In this document: one piece after another, positions 6,701-17,668 of the stretch | Position numbering within the stretch: position 1 is the stretch's first letter | How the letters are laid out: each line of letters begins with the position of its first letter | Assembly (NCBI GenBank): GCA_964388035.1 | Contig: CAYLZE010000029.1 | Coordinates: 1 to 49,350, forward strand | DNA from: an uncultured archaeon | GTDB taxonomy: Archaea > Asgardarchaeota > Lokiarchaeia > Sigyniarchaeales > SOKP01 | Direction of reading: 5' to 3' | Length of the DNA: 49,350 nucleotides | Made by a program: the position numbers and the translations under genes | The notes under the pieces: generated by a model | What the model was told of the DNA's origin: nothing | Seen by the model: the letters and a program-made list of their open reading frames with translations, nothing else | Database searches by the model: none

Positions 6701-9628
6701 TTAATAAATTCCAAATTCTCGTAATTTTCGAATTAATTCGGGTGCTTTTCCGCTAAACTCCTTAATTCGCCCATTATATCTTTCATATAATTCCCCAAAA
6801 TTCAGTGTATTTGCTTGATCCATTTCTTCAACAAATCCGTAGGATAACTTTTGAATTTCATCAAAAATGGAATTAAATTCTTCGCTATATTCCAATAATT
6901 TTGAACTAACCTCTTTACGCTTCTTTCTGACCATGTTGCGCAATCTTCCTCTGGGGATTCTTATACGTTCGATGAGATCATCGCACTCATTCAGGAATTT
7001 GTAAGCATCTCCCCTGTTTTCTGCTTTTAATTTTGCTTCAATCTTTTCCGTCCTCCACGTGTTAATCCTACCTTTTGCAAATGTATCAAAGTTCAGGGAA
7101 ATAGAATCTATTCCTTCCCTGACGAGAAATCTTAGAAATTCAGGATCATCGCTTGGAGCTTGGCCACAAATACCTACTTTTCTGCCTTGTTCATGTGCGG
7201 TTTTTATCAAATGAGAGGTTGCTCTCCGGATTGCCTCACTATTGGTAATATAATTATATTTGTTGGAGAGGGGAATGAGTTTTTCATTATCACGTCCACA
7301 ACCATAAACAAGTTGCGTTAAATCGTTCGAACCGATGGAGAAGCCATCAAAATACTTGCAAAAGATATCTGCAAGTAAAATATTTGAGGGGATTTCTGCC
7401 ATGCAATATACTTTTAATCCATCCTCCCCTCTTACCAATCCTTCCTTGTTCATTATATCTTCAATGGCTTTCGCTTCCTCGGGGGTTCGACAGAAAGGTA
7501 TCATGGGAATGATATTTTTCAATCCCCAGGAGCGAGCTAAAGCAATCGCTCTTAATTCTAGAATGAAAGCATTTTGAAATTCTTCCGAGACGTACCGAGA
7601 AGCACCACGAAAACCGAGCATGGGATTATTTTCCTCGCTTTCATATAGCCACCCTCCCAATAGGTTATGATATTCATTGGTTTTGAAATCGGATAATCTT
7701 ACCACGCAAGGGGCGATAATTCCACTCGGTAATTCTTTCCACACCCCTGCTGCAATGGTAGCAATGCCTTCGGCAAGCCTTTCCACGTAATATTCCTCTT
7801 TATCTTCGTAACTAATGGTGAGAGCCCTGATCTTATCTAAGGTTAATTTAAGATCCCGAATTTGTTGATTAAATGGGTCTTTGTAATACAAATCTGATTT
7901 TTTAATTTGTTCGATTCTTTTTCTCTGTTCTAATAAAATATCATATCTCATCACTAAAGAGTCAAATTCAATTAATGCATTCGGGTGAATTTGGATGACA
8001 TCATTTATAATAAATTCCAATCGGGCTAAGCCCGTGCCATCGGGATGTTTACCTGCAGATAGGGCACCTTTCGGAATTCCTAAATTTACTAATACTTGGG
8101 TTTTAGTACGGGGCAATTGAGCAAATTCAATCACGTCATAATCATATTCTACTCCCTTTAACCATATGCGAGCTTCTCCTTCACTGCAATCGATGGTAAT
8201 TTCTTCAACGGGAGCTTCTCTTTGCTTTTCTTTTATGATATTTATTATATTATCCGCCCCCACTATGGAGGCGATGTTTAGTTCCCGCGATACGATGGCA
8301 GCATGACAAGTAGGGCCTCCTCGTTCCGTGATCACACCCCCCAGGTTTTGCATGTAAGATGTCCAATCGGGATTGGTTTCCTCCGTTATTAGAATATCTC
8401 CTTCCTCTAATTTATAAGCTTCATTGATGGATTCAATAATTTTTAATTTGCCATATCCAATTCTTCTTCCAATTGCAGTTCCCGTATTTTGAACGTGCAA
8501 TCCTCCTTCCATTAATTTGGCAGGATCTTCTAATAAATAGAATATTTCTTCCGTGTCTCCTTTTTGACTGTGAACCGTTTCCGGTCGTGCTTGAACTATG
8601 TAAATAAATCCATCGTTCCCTAACGCCCATTCGATGTCCATTCTTCTCCCATAATGCCCCCTTATCTTAAGGGCATGCCGTGCTAACGTCAAGACTTGGT
8701 CATCTGTCAAGCAATAAACTAATTGCTTGTTTTCAGGTACGGGTATAATTTGTGTTCCTTGCTTTTCGGAATCAAATACCATCATTTTTTCTTTTTTTAT
8801 CAATTCCCGACTAATGATTCTTAATTGTTGGGGGTCATGTTTAAATACGACAAATTCATCTCCCTTCTCTATGCCTTGAACAATTAATTCTCCCAATCCC
8901 CATGTTCCCCTAATTACTATCACGTTAGGATTCCCTGAATCGGGATCTTCCGTGAACATCACACCCGATGCCATGACCCCTTCCTTGCCTCCCGCTATTT
9001 CTTGAACCCCCACGGATAGTTTTACGGCAAAATGATCAAATCCTGCACGTTCTCGATAAGCCGTAGCTCTTGTGGTAAAAACTGAAGCCATGTCTTTTAA
9101 AATATATTCTAATACTTGATCCTTCCCCGTGATATTCAAGTGAGTATCTTGCTGACCCGCAAAAGAAGCATCAGGAAGATCTTCTGCGGTAGCAGAACTT
9201 CTTATTGCAAACGTGGTATCATGTCCGATTTTATTAAGCAATTTTTCATAAGCATCCAATATTTCATCTCTCAAAGAATCCGGCATTTTGGCTTGCTCAA
9301 TATGGGTTCTTATATTTGCACATATTTTATTAACCGTTTGTATGGATTGAATATCTTCCTTTTGAAGCTCGCTGGAAATTTTCTGGATCTGCTCGTGAAT
9401 ATACTCTTTTAGGGAGATGAGGTTACCATCATATAGGATATCATTCGATTCTAACACGTAATCAAAGGCACTAGCTAATACGGCAAATCCTAAGGGAACA
9501 GGAATGTCAAAACTTAGCAATTCTCCTAGAGAAGCATTCTTCCCTCCAACGATGTTCACATTGTTTGCTCTTACTTCTTCGAAAAATTTAATGTATCTAT
9601 ACCCATTTTCGGATTCTTTTTCAGACAT
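6701..9628 (-). CDS. ppsA: Phosphoenolpyruvate synthase (pyruvate, water dikinase)
   Basis: VGGKNASLGE, RSSATAEDLPDASFAGQQDT, phospho-His motif GGPTCHAAIVSRE, RLSDFKTNEY, FSIGSNDLTQ, GICGQAPSD. Confidence 0.97.
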   Translation of the reverse strand: MSEKESENGYRYIKFFEEVRANNVNIVGGKNASLGELLSFDIPVPLGFAVLASAFDYVLESNDILYDGNLISLKEYIHEQIQKISSELQKEDIQSIQTVNKICANIRTHIEQAKMPDSLRDEILDAYEKLLNKIGHDTTFAIRSSATAEDLPDASFAGQQDTHLNITGKDQVLEYILKDMASVFTTRATAYRERAGFDHFAVKLSVGVQEIAGGKEGVMASGVMFTEDPDSGNPNVIVIRGTWGLGELIVQGIEKGDEFVVFKHDPQQLRIISRELIKKEKMMVFDSEKQGTQIIPVPENKQLVYCLTDDQVLTLARHALKIRGHYGRRMDIEWALGNDGFIYIVQARPETVHSQKGDTEEIFYLLEDPAKLMEGGLHVQNTGTAIGRRIGYGKLKIIESINEAYKLEEGDILITEETNPDWTSYMQNLGGVITERGGPTCHAAIVSRELNIASIVGADNIINIIKEKQREAPVEEITIDCSEGEARIWLKGVEYDYDVIEFAQLPRTKTQVLVNLGIPKGALSAGKHPDGTGLARLEFIINDVIQIHPNALIEFDSLVMRYDILLEQRKRIEQIKKSDLYYKDPFNQQIRDLKLTLDKIRALTISYEDKEEYYVERLAEGIATIAAGVWKELPSGIIAPCVVRLSDFKTNEYHNLLGGWLYESEENNPMLGFRGASRYVSEEFQNAFILELRAIALARSWGLKNIIPMIPFCRTPEEAKAIEDIMNKEGLVRGEDGLKVYCMAEIPSNILLADIFCKYFDGFSIGSNDLTQLVYGCGRDNEKLIPLSNKYNYITNSEAIRRATSHLIKTAHEQGRKVGICGQAPSDDPEFLRFLVREGIDSISLNFDTFAKGRINTWRTEKIEAKLKAENRGDAYKFLNECDDLIERIRIPRGRLRNMVRKKRKEVSSKLLEYSEEFNSIFDEIQKLSYGFVEEMDQANTLNFGELYERYNGRIKEFSGKAPELIRKLREFGIY

Positions 9629-9870
9629 TGCAAATAACTCGGAATAATATTTTAAAAACTTTTATTTCTTTAACTAGTAATTAAACGTTTTAAAAAAAAG
9701 TACGCATGAATATAACCAACGTTTATTAAGCCTTCTTAGATATTAAAAAAACCCCTAATATTTCTTACATTTTAAAAAAAAGTAAAAAGATTATAAATTC
9801 TTCAAAATAAGAAAAAAATTTTGGATTTCTTTTAAAGGAACATTAGATAATTAGGATATTTAACTCTATC

Positions 9871-10713
9871 TTAAGAAATAGAAATCATGAGTTCTGCATC
9901 CATTACGGGAGTAATCACTTTTGTATCGGGATAATTTTTTTTTATTTCTTCATAAAACGGTTTTAGATCGATTAAATTGCTTATGGGGGGAAAAAAATCA
10001 TCCCAATGAACAGGAATCACTATCTTTGGTTTTAATATTTTAATTACTTGGCTAGCTTTTTTAACCAATTTACGATTACTATTTCCAGCTATAGGAGCAA
10101 TGAATACCTCACAGTTCGAAAATTTTTGAAGCACATCTACATATCCATGCCATAAACTTCCCATTATAACTATTTTTTTACCCTTGAAATACACGCAATA
10201 ACCGAAAACTTTTCCCATGGGAAATCCTTTTCCATATTTAATTGCTGTATTTAATTTTTTCAAGAACTTATAAGAGAAAAGGCGAGATAAAATTAATTTA
10301 GTGTCAAATTTCACGTGTGCTGATTTGAAAGATTCTACAATTATATCTTCGCTTATAATTATCTTTTGACCATATTCAATTACATGAATATTATTTTTTG
10401 CTTGTTCTGATAATTCATGACAGTAGTCTTCGATTATTTTTCCTTCCGACCATTTAATCATATTATCCTTAGCAGTAAGAGAGCAATAAACGGGTACGTT
10501 TAAATTCTGGGCAAACCATCCTGCATCAGTGCAATGATCGAAATGCGCATGTGAAATAAAAATAGCGTCAATCTGGGAGATTTCTTCTTTCTTTGCATTC
10601 AACACGGGATAGGAATCGGCATTTCGAAAGAAAAAGGGATCAAACATTAACCGGGTGGTATCCAATTCTAAGATATAACTTGCCGTACCTAACCAAGTTA
10701 TTTTCATTATCAT
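9871..10713 (-). CDS. MBL-fold metallo-hydrolase (UPF0173/UlaG-like)
   Basis: ITWLGTA, SHAHFDH (HxHxDH), IPVHWD. Confidence 0.9.
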   Translation of the reverse strand: MIMKITWLGTASYILELDTTRLMFDPFFFRNADSYPVLNAKKEEISQIDAIFISHAHFDHCTDAGWFAQNLNVPVYCSLTAKDNMIKWSEGKIIEDYCHELSEQAKNNIHVIEYGQKIIISEDIIVESFKSAHVKFDTKLILSRLFSYKFLKKLNTAIKYGKGFPMGKVFGYCVYFKGKKIVIMGSLWHGYVDVLQKFSNCEVFIAPIAGNSNRKLVKKASQVIKILKPKIVIPVHWDDFFPPISNLIDLKPFYEEIKKNYPDTKVITPVMDAELMISIS

Positions 10714-10811
10714 AAAACACTCATGAAAATAATCTATTTTTAACTTTGGTGTTTTAGATTAAAAAGAGAAATATACCATTTCAGAATTAAAAAAAAGAAA
10801 ATTTAAAAAAA

Positions 10812-11345
10812 TTACTTCAATTCACGTTCAAATACTTTAAAATCAGCTTGAGAATACAAGCAAAAGATTACTTCTTCAATTAGCGTGGTACCTTGTAGGT
10901 AATTCTTTGCGGTTGAGATCATTATTTTAGCACAGCGATCGATGGGATAGCCAAATATTCCCGTTGAAATTGCCGGAAAGGCAATAGTCTTTAAGTGATG
11001 TTCATCCATGAGCTTGAGACTATTTAATGTAGCATTTTTTAGTTTCTCATCCTCATTCCCTTCCCCCATTCTCGGGCCTACGGCATGTATTACGTATTTT
11101 GCTTTCAAGTTTCCTCCCGTAGTGATTACGGCACCCCCAACGTAAGTCCCACCAATTTTGTTGCATTCTTCCTGGATTTTTGATCCTCCTTTCCTCCGGA
11201 TTGCTCCAGCAACTCCACCGCCCATGATTAATTGGGAATTTGCTGCATTTACAATGACATCCGTGCTTAATTCCGTGATATCTCCCTTCACAAGTCGGAT
11301 CCTTGAATTTTTCACATTAATTTCTTGCATTCTTTTTTCCTCCAT
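10812..11345 (-). CDS. Macro domain protein (O-acetyl-ADP-ribose deacetylase / ADP-ribosylhydrolase)
   Basis: GDIT, IVNAAN, GGGVAGAI, VIHAVGP, FPAISTGIFGYP. Confidence 0.95.
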   Translation of the reverse strand: MEEKRMQEINVKNSRIRLVKGDITELSTDVIVNAANSQLIMGGGVAGAIRRKGGSKIQEECNKIGGTYVGGAVITTGGNLKAKYVIHAVGPRMGEGNEDEKLKNATLNSLKLMDEHHLKTIAFPAISTGIFGYPIDRCAKIMISTAKNYLQGTTLIEEVIFCLYSQADFKVFERELK

Positions 11346-11550
11346 TCGAATATTAAGAAAAAATCCGCTAAATATTTATCCTCACGGAGCTTTAAATACT
11401 TAGTGTTGATCCTTACCAAATTAAATATCACTTCAGGGGTTCATTACCTTCAATTTTCAATCAGAAATTTAATTATTTCCCCAGCATAGAAATAAGAAAA
11501 TAATAATTTTATACATGAAAAATGTAAAAAAGCAAGAAATAAAAAAAAAA

Positions 11551-12294
11551 TTAGGGCGTGTCAGGGGTTTCCATACCTTTTCCCAAAATTTCGTCCAGCT
11601 TTTTTCTATCTTCGTCAGATAACTTGGACATTGTCTCCATTTGTTGCTTCATTAAATCCATCATGAGTTTGCGCGAAATGATTTGGTTTAATACAGGAAG
11701 GGAAATGCGGATTCGGGTTAATTCATAATTCATGAGAATGGCGGTTTCTCTCATTTCCTTCAATTCTTCTTTAGTCATGCCTTCTTCACCGATTCCCGGA
11801 CAATCCACATCAACCACGCTATAATGTTTTCCATCAAATTCTAAAGGATAAGTGCGGCAACTTAAAGGGCGATTATCATAAACCAAACATTTTTTTTGCT
11901 CTGTATTATAGAGGGGACACTTTTCTTCAAGCAACATTTCAATAGGCGTTTCCTTAAACGGATCACTTGGAGTTTTTTCCTCATTTTCTTCTTTAGGTGG
12001 AGCCAAGGGCTTTAAGATAAGGTCAAAACTTCCATCAGGCTTGGTATATATTTCTAAATAGGGCATGAAGTTAGCAAGAACTCCATTTCTCGCCCACATT
12101 TCTAAATCCCAAAAGGTTATGGGAATAGGCCCTCTTGCGAGGCAACATTCATCGCAGCGGGTACATCTAAACGTGAATTTTGCCTTTTCTTTTTGGGAAT
12201 CCGCTTTTTCTTCGCACTTTTCTTCTTTTTCTTCTTTAACCGCTTCTTCTTTTACAGTTTCTTGATTTTCATTTTCATTTGTATTATCAGACAT
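11551..12294 (-). CDS. YkgJ family (CxxCxxCC) cysteine-cluster protein
   Basis: FRCTRCDECC, CPLY, CLVYDNRPLSCRTYP, CPG. Confidence 0.9.
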   Translation of the reverse strand: MSDNTNENENQETVKEEAVKEEKEEKCEEKADSQKEKAKFTFRCTRCDECCLARGPIPITFWDLEMWARNGVLANFMPYLEIYTKPDGSFDLILKPLAPPKEENEEKTPSDPFKETPIEMLLEEKCPLYNTEQKKCLVYDNRPLSCRTYPLEFDGKHYSVVDVDCPGIGEEGMTKEELKEMRETAILMNYELTRIRISLPVLNQIISRKLMMDLMKQQMETMSKLSDEDRKKLDEILGKGMETPDTP

Positions 12295-12440
12295 CTTATT
12301 TAGATCAGACCTTTTGTATTTTAGTTTTCAAATAGGGATATTGAATTTAATAATGCACTGAAAAAAAAAATTTCTATTTTTATTAATAATATGAATTCTT
12401 TATATTTCTCATAAATACTTAAAATAAAATAAAAAGATCG

Positions 12441-13529
12441 ATGTACATGATATTTGAAGAAGATTTTAAAATCATCAAAAAGCTTGCTGAAACCCAAAGC
12501 TGCACGGGCAATGAAGCAAATATCAGACAGCTAATAATTGATTTGGTTGAGGATTATTGTGATAAAATCGAAGTGGACGTGCTTGGTAATTTATTTTGCT
12601 ACATAGAGGGGAAAAAATCGGGAAGTGACACCAAAAAACGGGTATTATTAGATGCCCATCTTGATGAAATAGGATTCATGGTGCGGTTTATTGATAAAAA
12701 CGGTTTTATAAGATTTTCTTCTCTGGGAGGGCAGAATGCCAGGATTTTGCCGGGACAAAATGTAACTATTCATTCTAGCTCTGGAGAGGAGATAATGGGA
12801 ATCATTGCGGAAAAAGCAATCCATTTACTTCAAAAAGATGAAAGAACAAAGGTAACTAAGATAGTGGATTTATTCATTGATATTGGATTATCATCCGAGG
12901 AAGAGGTTAAGAAGCATGTTTCGGTAGGAGATTACATCACCTTAAAACAAGAATGCTATGCATTATTGGGCAACAATAGAATTGTATCTAAGGCATTTGA
13001 TGATAGAATAGGATGTTTTGTGCTAATTAGAACAATAATGGAGTTATCTCCTTTAAAGAAAGATTTGGATAAAGATATAATATTCTTGTTTGCGGCTCAG
13101 GAAGAAATCGGAGTAAGAGGAGCAACGGTGGGGGCATTCAAAATAAATCCTGATTTTGCAATCACCTTAGAGGTTACTCATGCAATAGATTATCCGGGAA
13201 TAAGTAAAGAAAAACATTATGATTGTTATCTGGGATGCGGAGTATCTATTGCTCTTGGTCCTAATTTTTATCCTAAGCTTACAAAGGCATTGATAGATAT
13301 AGCAAAAGAAGAACAAATTCCCTTTATTTTGGAAGCAGAACCATATCCTTCTCCTAATGATGCTAGGGCAATTCAAATGACAAGATCTGGTATTCCTTGC
13401 GCTTTAATTGCACTGCCCTTGCGCTACATGCATACTAATGTCGAGATGATAGAATATAAAGATGCTTTACATGCTATACAGTTAGTAAAATCTTTTCTTT
13501 TAAAGGAAATAAATTTCAAGTTGGATTAA
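12441..13529 (+). CDS. M42 family (TET) aminopeptidase
   Basis: DAHLDEIG, SKAFDDRIG, QEEIGVRGA, LRYMHT. Confidence 0.93.
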   Translation: MYMIFEEDFKIIKKLAETQSCTGNEANIRQLIIDLVEDYCDKIEVDVLGNLFCYIEGKKSGSDTKKRVLLDAHLDEIGFMVRFIDKNGFIRFSSLGGQNARILPGQNVTIHSSSGEEIMGIIAEKAIHLLQKDERTKVTKIVDLFIDIGLSSEEEVKKHVSVGDYITLKQECYALLGNNRIVSKAFDDRIGCFVLIRTIMELSPLKKDLDKDIIFLFAAQEEIGVRGATVGAFKINPDFAITLEVTHAIDYPGISKEKHYDCYLGCGVSIALGPNFYPKLTKALIDIAKEEQIPFILEAEPYPSPNDARAIQMTRSGIPCALIALPLRYMHTNVEMIEYKDALHAIQLVKSFLLKEINFKLD

Positions 13530-13675
13530 AGTAATAAATAGAAGGCTTGATTTTTAAACGGATGATAATTATTTAATTTCAATGTTTTTTATCCACATAA
13601 ATAAAAAAAATAAAATAATAGTAATCTTTCATGATCTATATTAAAGAATTCTTAAAGATTTAATATTACATCATC

Positions 13676-14761
13676 ATGAACTATTCAAATATTAAAAAAT
13701 TCCTTTTTTATTTTCTGATCACGTTTCCTTTTCTCTCCTTTTTATTAGGACTATTTTTGTCGCTCTCTAACGAAAATTTCAGTATCGCTTGGAATATTTT
13801 TTTCCTTTGTGTTTTATTGGCTTTAACCTTTTATATTTTATTTATTAGACAAAAACAAGGAGATGTACATGATTCAAGAATAGTGGGTCTCTATGGAACT
13901 TTTATTTGTATTAATTTGCTGTTTTGTTTTTCCATAGGATTTACTATACCTTTAATGGAATCCATTTCTCGTGTTAACATGGGAATTGTAATGATTCCCT
14001 TACTTACCGTATTAAATGCAATCATATTAAAGCAATTTAATTATCGCAATATGGGTCAAACGATTGAAGATAATTCCAAAGAGAAAGATAAAGGAATTCA
14101 AAATAAGAAAAAACTACCAGTAATCGAGTTTGAGGGAAAAAAATATAGTTTCACGGTAAGATCATTAGTTGTATTTGCTATTGGAGCCCCTTTACTCGCT
14201 TGGTTCACTTATTTTTTATTTGATTTACAAGTTAATTATTGGTTGCATGAAATTGTAGTCAAGCAGACCGTATTTGTTCTTAACCTACTTTTTAACATGG
14301 GTGTAAAAGGTGTGTATTATCCCGTTGGCAAGTATCAATGGTATTTTAGCATCCCTGGAAGACCAAATATTTATTTTGAAACCTTTTGTACGGGAATTCA
14401 AGCGATTAATGTATTTGTTGGAATAATTCTTTTTATCCCGCATTCTTTAAACAAGGAAAATAATGAAGATATCATCTGGAGGAAGACAAAAGCTTTAGTA
14501 ATATCTTCTGTCATTTTCTACTTTGTGAATATCCTCCGAATGGTGATACAGTTATATTTATACTATATCGGTTATGCTTGGGATGACATTCACGTCTCTA
14601 TAAGTGCTGCCAGCTCTTTTATCGCTGCAATAATTGTCCTTTTACTTCATAGATGGATCCCCGAATTTATAATATCCATTATTTTTGCAGGTACCTTGAT
14701 TTATCGAAGATTAAAGGCTAAATCAAAAGAAGAAGAAATAAAAACCAATTCGAGTGAATAA
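13676..14761 (+). CDS. Archaeosortase/exosortase family transpeptidase with an extra N-terminal 4-TM domain
   Basis: Catalytic-triad-like motifs FCTG (Cys), VNILR (Arg) and WDDIH (His) in a multi-TM frame. Confidence 0.85.
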   Translation: MNYSNIKKFLFYFLITFPFLSFLLGLFLSLSNENFSIAWNIFFLCVLLALTFYILFIRQKQGDVHDSRIVGLYGTFICINLLFCFSIGFTIPLMESISRVNMGIVMIPLLTVLNAIILKQFNYRNMGQTIEDNSKEKDKGIQNKKKLPVIEFEGKKYSFTVRSLVVFAIGAPLLAWFTYFLFDLQVNYWLHEIVVKQTVFVLNLLFNMGVKGVYYPVGKYQWYFSIPGRPNIYFETFCTGIQAINVFVGIILFIPHSLNKENNEDIIWRKTKALVISSVIFYFVNILRMVIQLYLYYIGYAWDDIHVSISAASSFIAAIIVLLLHRWIPEFIISIIFAGTLIYRRLKAKSKEEEIKTNSSE

Positions 14762-14824
14762 AGGACAAAATTTTATTTAATTAATCTTCCTATAAAATCT
14801 AAAAAAAAAGAATGAAGCAACATC

Positions 14825-15727
14825 ATGTTAGAATTTGAACAAGAACAAAAAGTATTAGAGATTGGATCAGTTCGTATTGGAGGACAACCTGGTGAAAATC
14901 CTGTCGTCATGGTAGGAACCGTTTTTTATGCGAACCATAAGGCATTATTGAATGAAAAAACGGGAGAAATTGATAAATCATTGGCAGAACAAGAGATTAA
15001 TGACTTTCTCACGGTAGTAGAGGAAACGGGAATGCAAGCAATAATTGACATTGTAGGTGCACATTCTGATGCTTTAATTAAGCAATGCGAATACGTTGCG
15101 GATTTAGTGGACTGTCCTTTTTTAGTGGATGGATTGAATGATGAAATCCGCATTCCTGCCATGCAAGGTCTTAAAGAGAGAGGACTTATAAATCGAGCCA
15201 TCTTGAATAGCTTGGAGGAAAGTACCAGTGATGAGAATTTAAATAAATTTAAAGAGATAGGAGTATTAAATGCAATTCTCCTTACCTTTGGGAGCAAATA
15301 TATTTATCCCAAGCAAAAGGTTGACTTATTAAAAGAAGTTTTGATTCCTAAAGCAGAGAAAGCAGGTATAAAAAATTACATGGTAGATACCGCCGTATTA
15401 GATTTGCCTTCAATTTCTATAAATCATGAAACTGCGCGGTTAATCAAACAGGAAATGGGAATTCCCGTGGGGTTCGCCCCGGCAAATGTGATCTATGCAT
15501 GGAAATTTATTAAAGAATATGGTGATATTTCAAGATGCGGAGCGATTGCTTCCTTGATGACATATTGCGCCGGCGCAGGAAGCGATTTCATTTTATTTGG
15601 ACCTGTTAAATTTGCAAAATGCGTGGTGCCCTCGTTATCGTTAATTTGCGGAATAAATGCTTATTATAGGAAAAGAATATTACGGAAAAATATCTCAGAA
15701 GTAACGCCTTTCAGAAAGATTTTTTAA
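14825..15727 (+). CDS. mtrH: MtrH/MtgA-like pterin-binding methyltransferase
   Basis: IGGQPGENPVVMVGTVFY start, PFLVDG, DTAVLD, GSDFILFGP. Confidence 0.88.
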   Translation: MLEFEQEQKVLEIGSVRIGGQPGENPVVMVGTVFYANHKALLNEKTGEIDKSLAEQEINDFLTVVEETGMQAIIDIVGAHSDALIKQCEYVADLVDCPFLVDGLNDEIRIPAMQGLKERGLINRAILNSLEESTSDENLNKFKEIGVLNAILLTFGSKYIYPKQKVDLLKEVLIPKAEKAGIKNYMVDTAVLDLPSISINHETARLIKQEMGIPVGFAPANVIYAWKFIKEYGDISRCGAIASLMTYCAGAGSDFILFGPVKFAKCVVPSLSLICGINAYYRKRILRKNISEVTPFRKIF

Positions 15728-15741
15728 AAGGAAAATCCATC

Positions 15742-16563
15742 ATGCAAAAAGATTTAACGCCATATCAAGAAGTGGGTCTTGCCTTTGAAAAATTCTTGCG
15801 AGTTTCCAGCTATCCTTTAGCCATTAAATTGATTCATGATGAATCGGAAATTCCAGAAGCTTGTAAGCGCCCTCAAAAAGATTTAAATGCTAAAAATTTT
15901 TTATGCCAAAATTTTAAAGTAGCACGATCTTATGGATGGACAATTGCCGTCATGAAGGATGATTGTATTTGCAAGCTTGCTAGATTAGTATATGGGTGGG
16001 ATTCATATTCTCAAGAGGTGGCAGAATGGGGGCATCAATTTGATATCGGTCTTTATTCAAAAGATCTTGAAATCTCCCAGAAACTAGAAAAAGAACTCTT
16101 CTATTTCAATAACAAATATCAAGGCATGGTGATCTCTCCATTAACTAGAACTAAAGTAGTACCCGACGTGATCCAAATCTATTGCTTACCTGCCCAAGCC
16201 ATGCGATTAATTCAAGCATATCTCTACATGCAAGGTGGAGTCATGAACTTTAGCTCTGCAGGAAGGATAGGTTCTTGTCATGAAGGGATAATCAAGCCAA
16301 TTTTAACTAATCAACCTCAAATTGTGCTTTTAGGTAATGGGGATCGCGTTTGGGGCGGAGCGCAGGATTCCGAAATTTTATTTTCTCTTCCCTCCAGCCA
16401 ACTATTTCTTATTTTGGAGGGATTGAAAAAGACTCATGAGGCGGGCTTGAGATATCCCATTCCCCAATACATGAATTATCAGCCAGGTTTCCAGATATAT
16501 TTTGAAAAAAGAGCTAGAAAACGGTCTGGAGGAACCTTAGTAAAAGAAAGCATTGAGAAATAA
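15742..16563 (+). CDS. DUF169 family protein
   Basis: PLAIKL, LCQ...AR, C.C...GW, PDV, QAMRL, GSC, GDRVWGG; starts 14 nt after mtrH. Confidence 0.85.
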   Translation: MQKDLTPYQEVGLAFEKFLRVSSYPLAIKLIHDESEIPEACKRPQKDLNAKNFLCQNFKVARSYGWTIAVMKDDCICKLARLVYGWDSYSQEVAEWGHQFDIGLYSKDLEISQKLEKELFYFNNKYQGMVISPLTRTKVVPDVIQIYCLPAQAMRLIQAYLYMQGGVMNFSSAGRIGSCHEGIIKPILTNQPQIVLLGNGDRVWGGAQDSEILFSLPSSQLFLILEGLKKTHEAGLRYPIPQYMNYQPGFQIYFEKRARKRSGGTLVKESIEK

Positions 16564-16771
16564 TAAAAAAGGCATCGATCATTTCATCCCTTTTTAAACC
16601 CCTATAATGTTTCTCTCAAACTTTTCATAGATTTGTAAAAAAATAAATTAGTCCTAGTAAAAAAGACATATTTGAGTATTTTTATTGAATCTCTTTTCAT
16701 ATTTATGTCTCCAACCTTTTGTAGGATTTTGAATTTAATAAAAAAAAAAGAAAATATAAAACCCAATAAAA

Positions 16772-17497
16772 TTATTTTAAAAATAATTTTTTAATTCTTT
16801 CAGGCAAGATAAAACCAATGTAGAATGTAATAGATGACAATAAAATAATTAATCTACTAACTACATACTTAAAAAAGAACACGAATGGAAGAATTTCAAT
16901 CCCTATCCCTATGGCAAAGGTTATAAATGCAATAAGTAAAAATCTTCCTTTTAGACGGATTTCCCCTTTATCTGCTCTAATGCTTCGGAAGGTAAAGATA
17001 AGCCCGGTGATCAAGAAAAGGAGTAGGGAAAAAATGAAATAAAAAATAGTAAATGCTCCCCATTCTATATGCGACATGGGAACCGTAACCCCGATACTGG
17101 AAGGAACTATAATTAAAAGAAAAAGAAATAAAATTTCAAATACAATTGCTTCGATTACAAAGATTAAGAATACTACTTTTTGTTTAGTACCGGTAAAAAA
17201 AAATTGGGAAATGGCTTTCATCCATGTCACGTGAGCAACTGGAAGAAGCCCGACGGTTATTAAAAAGTAATAGAAATCACTTAAGGGAGTGTTAAAAAGT
17301 ATTCTTCCAAACATTGTAATTATATCTGCCCAAAATACGCTTGTAACGAGACACCACGTTGCACCAACATATAACAATTCACTTTTTTTATACTTGAAAT
17401 ATCTCAAAATCATGAAGATTCCTAAAATTAAAGAAATTGCAGTGAAAAAAAGCGTTAATGCCAGCTCAATGGTATTTATAAAAGTATATTCGGACAT
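16772..17497 (-). CDS. Multi-pass (about 7 TM) membrane protein
   Basis: Seven hydrophobic helices, EIRLKGRFLLIAF, GFILPERIKK terminus; same class as 3542..4261. Confidence 0.7.
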   Translation of the reverse strand: MSEYTFINTIELALTLFFTAISLILGIFMILRYFKYKKSELLYVGATWCLVTSVFWADIITMFGRILFNTPLSDFYYFLITVGLLPVAHVTWMKAISQFFFTGTKQKVVFLIFVIEAIVFEILFLFLLIIVPSSIGVTVPMSHIEWGAFTIFYFIFSLLLFLITGLIFTFRSIRADKGEIRLKGRFLLIAFITFAIGIGIEILPFVFFFKYVVSRLIILLSSITFYIGFILPERIKKLFLK

Positions 17498-17668
17498 TAA
17501 ATATCCTCCTCCTATTAATATAGAGAAATTTTAATAATGATTTCTAATGATATAATAATTGGGTCTAACATTTAAAAGATTATATATTTTTACTCTTCAA
17601 TAAATAGTAGGATACCTTTTCAGCAATGTAGATTATTTACCCTCCTTAAACCTTATATTCCAATACCA

